From positions 8,558,001-8,622,000 of the forward strand of contig NW_024704743.1 in the NCBI RefSeq assembly GCF_018977255.1: DNA of 64,000 nt, given 5' to 3'. The first letter of the stretch is position 1; each line of letters begins with the position of its first letter. Made by a program: the position numbers and the translations under genes. Under the pieces are notes generated by a model. That model searched no databases. It was not told the origin of the DNA and was given only the letters and a program-made list of their open reading frames with translations. Origin of the DNA: Callorhinchus milii. Taxonomy: Eukaryota. This document shows positions 50,423-63,517 of the stretch, piece by piece.

Positions 50423-50737
50423 ATAATAATAATAATGATCCTTGCATTTGATATAGCGCTTTTCACGTCGGGAGGGCGTCCCAAAGCGCTTCACAGAACA
50501 CACTGTAAAGTGAACTCACTGTATATTTGTGGGCGAACGCGGCAGCCAATTGCGCACAGCAATGTCCCACAAACAGTCGTAGATTGAAAATGACCAATTT
50601 CATTATTGTTTATGGTTTTGGAGGGATTATTATTAGGCTCTGTGTGGAGTAAGGAAACTTGCCCAAGGTTTCACCCTCTGCCTGGAATTGAACTCAGGTC
50701 TCTCACTTGCAAAGCGAGTGCTCTAACCACTGAGCTA
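50423..50737 (-). mobile_element. tRNA-Ala-like SINE, short form
   Basis: Very similar to 34798-35119. Confidence 0.85.
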
Positions 50738-50916
50738 TGTAAAGTGAATTGACTGTATATTTTGTGGCAGCAGTTTCTCCTCTGGGTCAGTAGATTGTGG
50801 GTTCAAGCTCCACATTGGGACTTTGAGCTCATACTCAAAGTTAACAATCAGTGCAGTGCTGGGAATAATGTCATGAGACATCCACCTGCACAAGCATAGA
50901 GGGTTTTATAACATCT

Positions 50917-51227
50917 AATAATAATAATTTTTGCATTTGATATAGCGCTTTTCACATCTTCTAGACGTCTCAAAACGCTTCATAGAATATACTGTAAAGT
51001 GAATTGACTGTATATTTGTGAGCAAAACCTGGCAGCCAATTGCACACAGCAGAGTCCCAACTACAGTCATGGATTGAATGACCAAATTATTATTGTGTTT
51101 TTTTTGTGAGGGAGTATCATCAGGTGTGTGGAGCAAGAAAACTTGCCCAAGGTTTCGCCCTGCCGGGAATCGAATCCAGGTCTCTCACCTGCGAGGCGAG
51201 TGCTTTGATCACTGAGCTGCAGGACTC
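50917..51227 (-). mobile_element. tRNA-Ala-like SINE, short form (CTAGAAGA-loop tail)
   Basis: Family head, deleted centre, tail GAGACGTCTAGAAGATGTGAAAAGCGCT. Confidence 0.85.
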
Positions 51228-52434
51228 AAGCTTTAGCTTAACATCTCACAAGAGGGACGGAATATATACAGTGAATACTCTTATAATATTCACTTACAAC
51301 AGGGAGAAAGGAATAGAAGGTTATGCTTGAAGGCTTAGTTGAGGAAGGGCAGGAGTAGGCTCATGTGGAGCATAAACACTGGCATAGACCAGTTGGGCCA
51401 AATCGCCTGTTTCTGTGCTGTATTCTAATTTGTCAACAGTCAGTCCCATTATTTAGGATTCCTTACATTTACTCTCCTTGTTAACTGTACTTAATGTTTA
51501 ATAATAATAGTAATCTTTGCATTTGAAACTGCGCCTTATCAGGTCATTGACCCATCTCAAAGCTCATCACAGAATATACTGTAAAATGGATTGACTGTAT
51601 TTTGTGGATGAAATGTGGCAGCCAATTGCGCACAGCAATTAGTATATTGGTATCCTCTTTATATATTGCTTTTGCATATTTTACTGAAATAGAGTCTGAT
51701 TCTGAGTGTTGCTGAGATGCTCTCTGACAAGATGGACTGAATGCTCGACGGGATTCACCATTAATATTGTGCTGGTATCAAATATAGAAACATACCAATT
51801 CAGGCAAGGTGTAATTGTAAAGGCATAATTTTAAAGATGTTTGAACTGCTGCTTGTGGAATAGGTTGTGTCACATTAATAAGATGCATTTCTTACTGTTC
51901 TGAATGGCAACTGCAAAGCCTGTTGGATTGGAGGAATGGAAACCAAATGTTAACAATGCTGAATGTTAAGAAGATTGCCTGTACGTTTAAATGTTACCAG
52001 CAAGATGTCTGCAAATTCTATTATTAAACAGAGCTATTCTATCTTAGGATCTCTTCTCCTCTGTTTGGCTCCATCGCAGAACACAGTGAACATTTGGATG
52101 GGGAGAGGTTTTTTTCTGTTTTGGGTAGCTTGTTCCTGTCCCTGGATCTCTCTCTTCATTCAAGCTTTGATGTTTATACATAGCATTTCCTACTTTTAAT
52201 ATATTGGTATCCTCTTTATATATTGTTTTTGCATATACAGTAAAATTTGGAGTGCCAGCCTGGCTCAGTTGGTAGCATTCTAGCCTCTGAATCAGAAATT
52301 AGCGGGTTTACCTTGCCCAGGAATCGAACCCTGGTTCTCTCGCTTGCGAGGCAAGAGCTCTAATCATTAAGCAACAAGACTCACAACTCCATTATTATTA
52401 TAGTACTTAGAAAGAAATGCATTCCAAATTAATA

Positions 52435-52755
52435 ATAATAATAAATTGCATTTGTGAAGCGCTTTGCATGTTGGAAGGACGTCCTAAGGCGCTAGACAGT
52501 CATGCAGTCAGGGATTTGGAGGAGGGGTTTGGGACTAAGTGGGGTGGAGAGCTGGGGTAGGAGGGTGGCCGAATGCACGGTCGAAGAGGAGGGTCTTGAG
52601 ACGTGCTTTGAAGGAGGCAAGGGAGGGAGCAAGGCGAAGGGACTGGCGATGGAGTTCCAAAGGGTGGGGGCAGAGAGGCTGAAGGTCCAACCACCGATGG
52701 TGGGGCGGGCTGTGCAGGGGACGTGGAGCAGGCCGGAGCCTGCTGAGTGAAGAGG
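52435..52755 (-). mobile_element. L2 3' fragment
   Basis: Tail and ORF2 end. Confidence 0.85.
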
Positions 52756-54066
52756 TTGAAATGGGTCTACTTCACATGCTTCTGTTTACCCAGCAGTAAG
52801 TAGGAACCCGGTTGATGGTCGAATGACAGATCGCTTTTCTGGCGTAATAATCCCTTAAAAAAANCTTACATTAGTGCCTAATCACGTCATTGAGATGTCT
52901 CAAATCGCTTCACAAAATATATTGTAAAGTGGATTGACTGTGTATTTTTGGGTGAAATTAAGATTGAATTTAATAATTTTCTAAAATCTGCATGATTTAA
53001 AATTTTAAAACCAAAAAAACCTGTGAATTTCAGGAGCGTTAAGATTGCAAACTCATTAGAGTTTAAGGGAGAGATGAATCTATTATGCAGAGTTCCCTCA
53101 ATACATGCCGCTGAGCAAAATTTGGTAAGGAATCTCAGCAGATCATTGCAATACATTCTGGGTGATACTGGGTGGACTTCCTGTGTTGTTGCTTTGGCAA
53201 CATAATGGAATTATAGAATCGAATCAAATCATGTGGCAGTGAAAAAATCTATAACAATTAGCTCGGAAACATTTTCAAACATCTCACCCATACATAGTCA
53301 TTACATTTTACAGCAACTAGCTGTGAAATGCTTTGAGATATTTCAACATTATAGGTGCTATATCAAATGTAGGATTATGCAAGGTCCTGTCTGCCTGTTC
53401 AGATGGATGTTAAAGATCTATGGCACTATTAGAAAAGAGAAGAGTTTATCGCAATGTCTTGGCTACAATTCCCCCAGATAAAATTGATCATTCATTTTAT
53501 AGATGTTTGTGGGATGTTTTCTGTACATAAATTGGCCACTGCATTCACCTACAAAATACACACTCATTACATTTTACACATTGAGTTCACGTCATCTTCA
53601 TTTTGAGATATCCTCCCAATGTGAACGGTGTAATACAAATACAAACACTGCTCTCCATGTCGCTTTATGCCTGGGTTCCCACAGCTTTAACCTTGCCACA
53701 GTAGATGCCCTGGTGCTAAACGGCTTAGCTGCTGGTTATGAAATATCTGTAAATTGCTGTGACCAAAACCATTGAAAGGTCTCTGAAACGCTTTGAACAT
53801 TACACCATAATTATGGGAACTTTTGGAACTCTATACAAGCAAATTGAAAATGTCTTAGAAATGCAACAGGATCTCAAGCAACGTGACAACAACAACTTCA
53901 ACAACTGCCATTTATATAGCTCTCATGTAGGATAACATTTTGCAGCAATTCACAATGATGGGGTCGGATGCTGAGCAGGGGAGAGGGGGGTGGGCGGGAG
54001 ATGGAGGAGGGAAGGTGGTGGTGATCATAGGCACGGTTGAAGAGGTAGATTTTAAAATGAGATTTA

Positions 54067-54955
54067 AACAACAACAAAATTACATTTGTATAGTGCCTTT
54101 CTCCTCCTTCGGGAGGACCTCCCAAGGCACTGGACAGACTAAGTTTTGGTCCAGAGCTGGGGGTCAGGATCGGGGAGGGTGGAGGGAAGCAGGTAGATTG
54201 AAAGCACACTTGAAGGGGGGGGTCTTGAGATGGGTCCTGAAGGAGACAAAGGAGGGGACGAGGTGAAAGAAGTGTGGGGAATTCCAGAGGATGGGGGCAG
54301 AGTGGCAGAAGGCACACCCGCCAATAGTGGGGCGAGCGAGGCGAGGAATGTGAAGCAGGCCAGAGCCCGCTGAGGGAGCAAGCAGATTGGTAGGGGGTTA
54401 GGAGGTCGCAGAGGTAGGGGGGGGCAAGACCATGGAGGGCTTTGAAGGTGAGGACCAGGATCTTGAACTGTATCCTCTGTGTGATGGGAAGCCCGTGGAG
54501 TCAGGCGAGGATGGGGGTGATAGGGTCACGGAGCCTTGTGCGGGAGAGGACACGGGCTGCAGAGTTCTGAATGATCAGCAGCCTATGGAGGGAGGAATTG
54601 CGGAGACAGACAAGCAAGGAGTTTGCATAGTCAAGCCACAATGTAATGAAAGCATGGATGAGAGTTTCGGTGGCCTGCGGAGTGAAACAGTGCGGAGCCG
54701 GGCGATGTTGCGGAGGTGGGGGAAGACAGAGTAGGTCATGGCGCAGATGTGGGGTAGAAAGGATAGTCGAGTGTCAAACAAGACCCCAAGGTTCTGGACT
54801 GGCTTAGTAAGGTGGAGTGTGCATCCACAGATGGTGATGCTGTCAGCGCCTGAGGTGTGGAGGTGCTGACAGGAGCCAATCAGGAGAGCCTCGGTCTTGT
54901 TCACGTTCAACTGAAGAAAATTTGCTCTCATCCAGGACTTGATGTGTGACAGACA
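54067..54955 (-). mobile_element. L2 ORF2 C-terminal fragment
   Basis: MRANFLQLNVNKTEALLIG..LGVLFD and tail. Confidence 0.9.
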
Positions 54956-55092
54956 TTAAAGGCAGATCAAATGGGGTAAGATAGAGAGATAGAGAGTGGG
55001 AGTTCCAGAGATTAGGAGCATAATAAGTGAACGGACAGAGAATTGGGATTTAAAAAAATCTGCATAAATCCAATAAACTGGTGAATAGACTC

Positions 55093-55362
55093 AATAATAA
55101 TAATAATCCTTGCACTTGATAATAGCACTTTTCATGTCTTCTAGACATCTTAAAGTGCTTCACAGAGTAGACTGTAAAGTGAATTGACTGTATATTTGTG
55201 GGCGAAATCCGGCAGCCAATTGCACACAGTGGATTGAGATGATCAATTTTTTTTGAGGGATTATTATCAGGCGTGTGGAGTAAGGAAACTTACCCAAGGT
55301 TTCACTCTGCCGGGAATCAAACCCAGGTCTCTCGCTTACAAAGCAAGTGCTCTAACCACTGA
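55093..55362 (-). mobile_element. tRNA-Ala-like SINE, short form
   Basis: Matches the family head and tail. Confidence 0.8.
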
Positions 55363-58124
55363 CTAAATGGTCTCCTCCAGTTTCTGTTTTGCTATATTCC
55401 TAAATTTCACACTGTCTTACCATTAGGCCATATTTTAAAATTGAAGATTGTTTTGGAAAATTCTTAAATTAAGTCTTAATTTTCAAACTGGTTCTCAGCA
55501 GGTTTTTGTGTAAAACTCACCTCTAAATTTACATTGGTTCCTAGAGGAATTCTAGGCTCCTGGAGGGTTTGTGAAACTGACAGTAATCGATCGATTGTCC
55601 AAGATCTACAAAAATGGGGAATGGCAGCTTTCAGTTTCTGAGCAGAAATGCTATGACTATTTGCTCCTCATTTCCATTACCCTCACTGTGAATCTCAGAT
55701 CATCCGTAACCTGGCATAATTGACTGCTGTGTTTCGCCCATAAAACACACAGTCACTACACTTTACACTATGTCCTGTAAAGCGCTTTGAAGCATCTCGA
55801 AGACATGATAAGGCACTATATCAAATGCAAGGATTATTATTCTTAGAAATGGACTAACATTGACGGTGTGAGTTTATGATGGGGATTTTCCCAATTCTCA
55901 TTTTAGAAGCCTGCTAGGACCGAGATATTGCAACTCTCAAAATACAATAATAATAACCTTTATATTTGGTATAGCGCCTTTCACATCGGAAGACGTTCCT
56001 AAGCACTTTATAGGATTTTAATAATAATAATCCTTGCATTTGATTTGACACCTTATCACATTGTTGAGACGTCACAAAGCCCTTCACAGAATAAACTGTA
56101 AAATGAATTGATTGTATATTTTGTGGGCGAAACGCAGCAGCCAATTGCACACAGCAGTGTCCCACAAACCCCATCATAAACTCACACTGTCAATATCAGT
56201 CCCCCAATGTCAGTCCATGTACTGGCTATCGGAGCATCACAGGTAGGAGTGAGAACAATGAGAGTCTGCAAGTATTGAGATATTGCTAGCCTTAAAATAT
56301 AATGGGTGATTCCCTGACCGTGGTGATATAAAAAATTGAGAATTGAGAAATGCCATTATAAAAATCACACTATCAAGGTCAGTCAATGTACCAACGATCA
56401 AAGAATTATCGTTATGCCTGGCTAAGGGTATTATCATCTGCCTCAGCCTGAAAACCATTATAGACTCCATGCCTCAGCAATATTCCAGATGCACAAAGCA
56501 ATAGAGCAGAGTATCAAACCTATAATCTTTTTCCTTCTTGCCTCATTCTTCACAAGATACATGAGAGATATAAGGTGTAAACAAACTGAATGATGAAGAG
56601 CTGAGGGATATGATTTACATCCCACTTACAGTTTCACCCATGAATTATCAGGTCAACCCACTCGTGAATCATCTCTCATAGGTTCTGCAGAGTGTATCCT
56701 CCGTATAATTTAACAAGAAGGAATAAAAAGGTTCAGTGAAATGAAATAGCCTCCTGCACAATTGTACCTTCTCTCGTACGTGTTTTCCACATGCGTCCCT
56801 CTTTAGATTCCATCCTCCTGCTTCCTCCAGTCAGCGTTATTTCTCCTTCTGCTAAGAGGCAGGAGAGTCCTAGTCGATGTCTAGGATTTTAACTAGGTGG
56901 GAGGGGAGGGGAGAGGTGGTGTGGCTGCTCTACCGTGGAATGACAGCTGATAGCAGCTGCCAGGGGGTGGGAGAGGGGAGGAGATATCTTATCAAGAGAG
57001 TTGTAGCTGTAGGATGCAATTTAAACCATTTAGTGTTAACATGGATTAGTAAGATGACAATACAAGTTAACTAATAATAGCAATCCTTGCATTCAGGCTA
57101 TGTATAAATTCACAGCTGAGAGTGACAGAGGTCAGTATTAAATCACAGGACTTTACACAATAAATTGTTTTGTTTCCTCCAGTGGCTGGTTCAGTCTGGT
57201 TATGATGAATGATTTATAGGCATGATGTTCCTCTTCCTTGGTTGCGCTCAATTTCTTCCTCCTACTTAATGGAGTTTTCACTAGTTGTGGAATCAGGCCA
57301 GCTCTTCTTTCTCTAAAGCACCACTGACAATTCCAAAAAGTTCTGTCTCCCTTCACTGTGTGTTCAAAAATGTTATGTATTTGTAGAATACAGGGCTACT
57401 GTGCCTAATTTTGTTCATTCTGAAAACTATGTTTTAGCAGGAATTAACCTTTAGGTTTTCAAGCTCAATGGATATTGTTAACACTCAAATCAATAAAAAA
57501 AGTGCTTGACCCATTTTGTGCTGTGAGGTAGACATGTGACATAGTCCGGATACCTTTTATGCGTATGTTTTTTGTCAATGGATGCACTATGTTTGAGTGT
57601 GTGTTTTATTAACGAGGCATAGAACCTAAATTTATTCACAAAACATAGGGTTTAAAGGCTGATTGCTGGATCAGAAAGAGTGGCTGAGGCCAGGACACTG
57701 GATTCATTCAATAAACATCTTGTTGTTGTATTGGGGAAATGGTAGGATGGATACTCTGGAAGGTATTGGATTCATTGGATCGAAAAACCATCTGGATCTT
57801 AACAACTCCTCCATACTCATTTTGCAAAGAACCTTTAACAGTTAAAGGAGACCTTTATCCAATCAATCTGAACTGGAGACAAACAAGAATGCAAAAGTGA
57901 AAGGCCAAGGTGGTAACACAATACACCATCCAGTTTCTCTCTAAATGATCCTTTTTGTTTGTACTTTGTAAGGGGGGTGGATGCTTGTGGTAAGTAACAT
58001 ATCACTTTGAAAAGAACAAAAGATAAATACAGGGTAGGGAAAGGAGAAAGTTTATTTAAAAAAGAATCTGTTTACCAATTACATCTATTTAGAAAAAGAA
58101 AGTATCCTTCTTGAGGGGGAAGGT

Positions 58125-58978
58125 ATTGTAATCCTCTGTGGCAGTTTCACTAGTCCAGTTCCTGAGCCACTCAGATCTGTAGTATCCCCAGGCACTGCTG
58201 GTGACAGACCAGTCAGCCTGGTTCATTGTCAGGGCTTGGAGGGCAGACCCATTCACTGGAAGTAGGAATTTGTGTCTCCCTATTAGCTCCTGATAATTGG
58301 ACAAGCCAACGCCCTAATCGGAAAGGTGATCCTAGCTGGACAGACAGCGAGAAGCTTTACAGACAATATTCTGAATGGCAAGCTATGCAGTTTTAATAAT
58401 AATAATCCTTGTATTTGATATAACGCCTTATCACATCTGCGAGGCATCTCAAAGTGCTTCACAAGATAAAGTGAATTGACTGCATATTTTGTGGGTGAAA
58501 CACGACAGCAGTGTCCCACAAACAGTTGTGGATTGTGGATTGAGTGACCAAATTTTTTTTAAGCAATTATTATTCCCCGAAAAGCAATCTGCCAACAACT
58601 GACAACCGGGTTCCTATTTATTGTTAGGTAAACAGAGGCGTGTGGAGTAAGGAAACTTGCTTAAGGTTTTGCCCTGCCGGGGATCGAATCCAGGTCCTCA
58701 CTCACACGGCTCTAACCACTGAGCTACAGGACTCCAGTTTTAGGTGGTTAAACTCCAGCAGTACCCCAGTGCACACTTTGGGGTCCTGAAGTCTTGGCTC
58801 TTACCACCTGTGTTGTACTCCCCATGTAGGGACCAACCCTCCAGCAAAAGAGTGTGCATTCCAGACACATGGAAATTTCCATGAGCAGACAACATATATA
58901 TTATATATGGAACTCTCAGTCTGGTTCGGATACTCAAGCATGGTGATAGGTTTCCATATGTGACAAGCTGACAAAAAT
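58125..58978 (+). mobile_element. Family X copy in sense orientation, split by a SINE
   Basis: 58155-58370 matches the reverse complement of about 1080-1265; 58737-58978 matches the 3' block and ends GCTGACAAAAA. Confidence 0.7.
58395..58735 (-). mobile_element. tRNA-Ala-like SINE, long form, nested in family X
   Basis: Matches the family head, centre and tail. Confidence 0.85.
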
Positions 58979-59009
58979 ATACATATCATAGGACACACAT
59001 ATAAGATAG

Positions 59010-59255
59010 GGGATCTAAAAGAGAATTTTGGAGAAACTACTTGACACAGAGGACAGTGAGATTGTGGAACTCGCTGCCTGAAGTTGGTTGAGTCACATAG
59101 TATAGATGCATTTAGAAGTTAGATATACACATGAGGGAGAGGGGAATAGGGAGGAAGTTAGGAGTAGGTGAAGACTCTTGTAAATATGAGACTCAACAGA
59201 CTGGTTGGGCCAAATGGCCTGTTTCTATGCTGTACATTCCATGTAAATCTATGTA
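59010..59255 (+). mobile_element. CR1 3' end
   Basis: ..QR.VRLWNSLP.. plus GGGCCAAATGGCCTGTTTCT tail with short terminal repeats. Confidence 0.7.
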
Positions 59256-59702
59256 AACCTACGGTTCTTATATATTTTTGGTGCCAGCATTACCAGGTAG
59301 GATCTCATAATCCCATATGAAGTCTAGTAATATCAGTGCTATTTGACTGTATGTGTTTGTGGGTGAACGTATATAAGTCATGGTAATGCATCAGTCTGCA
59401 CCATGAATGCATTGCTTGGGGAATAAAAGCCTAATTCACCTGGCAATGTTATGCATATTCATGGCAGTTTAGGCATGACATTTTATGCTAATAAATGCAT
59501 TATTCCTTGATCCTTATCTAGGCAGTTTGTAAACCTTTAATGGTATCTAATTTCAAAGCTCAGTAGACATTAGTTTGTGGTTCATTTACATAGAGATTCA
59601 TACTGCTTTCATATTACGAGAAAAGACCAAAACAGACCTTGTAGTTTTATAGTGCCAAATTACATTAGGTTTCAAAATCCTTCACAGGTATGAAATTTGT
59701 GT

Positions 59703-60060
59703 GTCAGCCTGGCTCAGTTGGTATTACTTTCACCTCTGGTTGTGGGTTCAAGCCTCATATCAGGACTTGGAACTTATATACTCTAGACTGACACTTCAAA
59801 TACAGCGTTAGGTTGGACTGCATTGTTGGAGGTGCTGTGCTTCAGATGAAATGTTAATCAGAGGTCTCCTCTGCTAATCCCAGGGCACTATTTTAAAAGA
59901 GAAGGGAGTTTCTCCCAGTGTCGTAGCCAACAATCCCCTAGATAAAATTGGTCATTTGCTTCATCGCTGTTTCTGTGACATTGCTTTGCACAAATAGCAA
60001 TAAGCTGCCTCATTTGCTCACAAAAATACAGTCACTACATTTCACGGGAAATCTCATCAA
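59703..60060 (+). mobile_element. Deu-domain SINE
   Basis: GTCAGCCTGGCTCAGTTGGT head and Deu core. Confidence 0.8.
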
Positions 60061-60924
60061 GTAACATGAAATATCAATGATTCTTTGTAATTAATTTGAG
60101 CTGAAAAAATGTCCAAGAAAGAAGCATTCACATTCAAGAATCTAACTTTTTCATGCTTATGCACTGATAGAAAAGGAGTTTTCAGTTTTGAGTTCTATTT
60201 ACCTAATATAAACTTTCACTGGTACTGTATTTGTCCATAAGTAATATTTTATTCATTTGTTTTACAGCATAATTACGACAATCTGTGGGATATCAGTGCC
60301 AATAGGTGAAGGCATCTCATTCACTTGCACAAACTTTTGCTACATCCAATTCAGATTTTGTTGACATTTTCAGCTGCTTTGACCAGTGTGTTACAGACAG
60401 TTGAAAATGCGTCAAAGGGCCTCTGAGTGCTTTGATGTGCACATCAAAGGCTTCTGTGGAGTGATAAGCATAGATAGTTAGACCTCAAATTGTATATGTT
60501 CTCAGTAAATTCCTCATTCTCAGTTTCAACAGCAATGTTAAATCGTTAACAGAGCACAAACTCATTCTTTAATTGGTGCCCAAATCTTCAGTCACTGTGC
60601 CTTTAATCTCTGGCCTTGTTTTAAAAAAAGACGTGTACACTTTGACTGTATTAAGTTACTGATGTTAGACAGGTTTAACCACACCATGAGCAGCCTCTGC
60701 GCTGAATCTAGGCTCATCTCCTGTTGCACAAATAATAATAATCATAATCCTTGCAATTGATAATTGATAAATAATCTTTGCAATTGATAAATAATAATCA
60801 TAATCCTAGCACCTTATCATGTCATCAAGACCTCACAAACCTTCGTATAGTTTACACTGTCAAGTAGTTTTACTGTGTATTTCATGGGCAAAACCCAGCA
60901 GCCAGTTTGCACATAGCAATGTAA

Positions 60925-61514
60925 TATAATAATAATCCTTGCATTTGATATAGTGCTTGATTACATTGTAGAGAAGTCTCAAAGCCCTTCACAGAATTTA
61001 TAGACTGTGTATTTTGTGGGCCAAACACCACAGCCAATTGCACACAGCAGTGTCCCACAATCAATCGATTTAATGACCAGATTTTTTTCTCTTGAGGGAT
61101 TACTAAGCCCAGAAAGCGATCCGCCTATCGACTACCAACTGGTTTCCTACTTACTGCTAGGTAAACAAAGATATGTGGAGCAAGGAAACTTGCCTAATGT
61201 TTTGCCTCACCCGGGAATCGAACCCTGGTTCTCTCGCTTGCCAGGCGAGCATGCTAGCCACTACAAAATGGGACTCCCTCAAACAGTCATGGAGTGAGTA
61301 ATCAATTCTTCTCAAATACGGATCTTTAATGTTCACCTGAACAGGCAGACGGGACCTCAGTTTAACATCTCATCTGAAGAACGGCATCTCCAACAATGCA
61401 ACATCCCCCAGTACTACATTGGAGTGTCTATGTGATTCCAAGCCCCAAAGTGGGGTTTGAGCCCACAACCTTCTGACTCAGAGGTGAGAGTACTACCACT
61501 GAACCAGGTTGACA
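60925..61514 (-). mobile_element. tRNA-Ala-like SINE (60925-61277) nested in or abutting a Deu-SINE (61280-61514)
   Basis: Both family signatures occur in tandem. Confidence 0.8.
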
Positions 61515-61819
61515 CACAAAGAATGAAGAATCTGACGCATGAACATTGTTTTTTTATTTTTATTAAAAAGAGTTAATGTTTCTTTCTTTAAAAAGTGTTT
61601 ATTTTTACACTTTTTTGTTAGCCAGAAGAAAGCTAAGTTTAACATATAATACATTCGTGCATAAAATAATGCAGTGCCAAAAAATGGTACTAATTATACG
61701 TAACCGAAAATTCTGGCTCGCTGGACTGGATCTCTCCCCCCCCATTAGTCTGACTAGCCAGGGTTTTAGTACACTGTAAAGTGGAGTGAGGGTGCTATTT
61801 TGTGGTAGTCAATTTGTGC

Positions 61820-63060
61820 ACATCAATGTCCCACTCCTATCCTTAAAAAACCCTCCCTCGCCCCATCTCCAACCTCCCTTTCCTCTCCAAGGTCCTGTAA
61901 CGAGTTGTTGTTTTGTTCTTCCTCTCCCTCCACTCCCTTCACGAACCCTTCCAATCGGGCTTCCGTGCCACCCACTGCACAGAAACCGCCCTGGTCAAAG
62001 TGACAAATGACATTCTGACCGTCTGCGACCAGGGCTCCCTCTGCCTCCTTGTCCTCTCTACTGCTTTCGACACCATCGATCACTCTATTCTCGTCCACCG
62101 CCTCTCCTCTCACCTCAACAGCCTTGTCCTTGATTGGTTCAGATCGTACCTCTCACACCATCTGCACTTCATCTCCCCAAACGGCTTCTCCTCTAGCCTC
62201 CGCACCGTCTCGTGCAGCGTTCCTCAGGGCTTTGTTCTTGGTCCTCTCCTCTTCAATATCTATAAGCTCTCTCTTGATGACATTAACCACAGACATGGGG
62301 TAATGTAATCTTTCACATGTATGCGGATGACACCCAACTCTCCCTCTCTGCCTCCACCCTTGACTCCAGGATCACTGCTGTGCTGACAGAATGTCTGTCA
62401 GACATCAAGTTCTGGATGAAAGCTAACTTTCTTCAGTTGAACTTCAACAAGACCGAGGCTCTCCTGATTGGCTCCCGTCAGCGCTTCTTCATCTCAGTTC
62501 CTGACAGCATCACCATCCATGGTTGCACATTCCACCTTGCTAAGCCACTCTGGAACCTTGGGGTCTTGTTTGACCCTCAAATATCCTCCGGCTCCGTGAC
62601 TCTATCACCCCCATCCTTGCCCAACTCCACTGGCTTCCCATTACACAGAGGATACAGTTCAAGATCCTGGTCCTCACCTTCAAAGCCCTCCACGGCCTTG
62701 CTCCCCCCTACCTCTCTGACCTCCTAACCCCTAGCACCCTGTTCGCTCCCTCCACTCAGTGGGCTCTGTCCTGCTTCATGGCTCCGCCTTGCTCGCACCA
62801 CTATGGCAGGCGGGCAGGCCTTCTGCCACTCTGCCCCCACTCTCTGGAACTCCATTCTGCACGCCCTCTGTTTCGCCCCCTCCCTCGCCACCTTCAAGAC
62901 GCAGCTCAAGATCCTCCTCTTCGACTGTGCTTTCGATCTCCCTGCTTTCCCCAATGCTATTCCCCCTTCCCCACCCTCAGCTTGGTTCTCAGTTTGTCCA
63001 GCAACTTGGGACGTCCACCCGACGTGAAAGGCGCTATACAAATGTAATTTTGTTGTTCTA
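61820..63060 (+). mobile_element. L2 LINE RT / C-terminal fragment
   Basis: QSGFRATHCTETALVKV..AFDTIDH..YADDTQL..KTEALLIG..APTLWNSI and tail. Confidence 0.92.
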
Positions 63061-63517
63061 GTAGTAGAGGACATCAATTTAAGATCATCATCACAAATTG
63101 CAATAGGAGAGATTGGGAGAATTGTTTTTGGGCGTGGACTCCTAGAACAAAACCTCTGGTTGAAGCAGAAATCTGCAATATGTTTTAAAAGGGAATTAAA
63201 CAAATATATTTCAAAAGAAAACATATAGAAGTATGTGTGAGTGGGGGGAGTGGGAAAAGCCAGGGGAATGGGACTTAACAGAGAGCAGCATTAGAGAGTC
63301 GGCACAGACAGGAAGGGCCGAATGGCCTCTTCCTGTGCTGTAACATTCCAGGAATTCCTTAAGCTAACTGTTTCTATGAGTTGTTTCCTGATGTGTTAAG
63401 TCCTATTCTTGTTATTTTATGACTATAATTTATATTTTGATAACTTATGATTCCATTGGGATAAAACCTCAAACTAACTTCAAATTGTGGTTCAAATTGT
63501 TGAAATAGAAAACACCA

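Noticed and set aside
52770..52960. Inverted SINE chimera as a real rearrangement
   Set aside because: The orientation switch coincides with an N at 52864 and may be an assembly join (another N is at 16274).
60730..60810. Repeat-spacer (CRISPR-like) array
   Set aside because: It is a slippage duplication of a SINE (ATT)n tail, with no regular spacers, in eukaryotic DNA.
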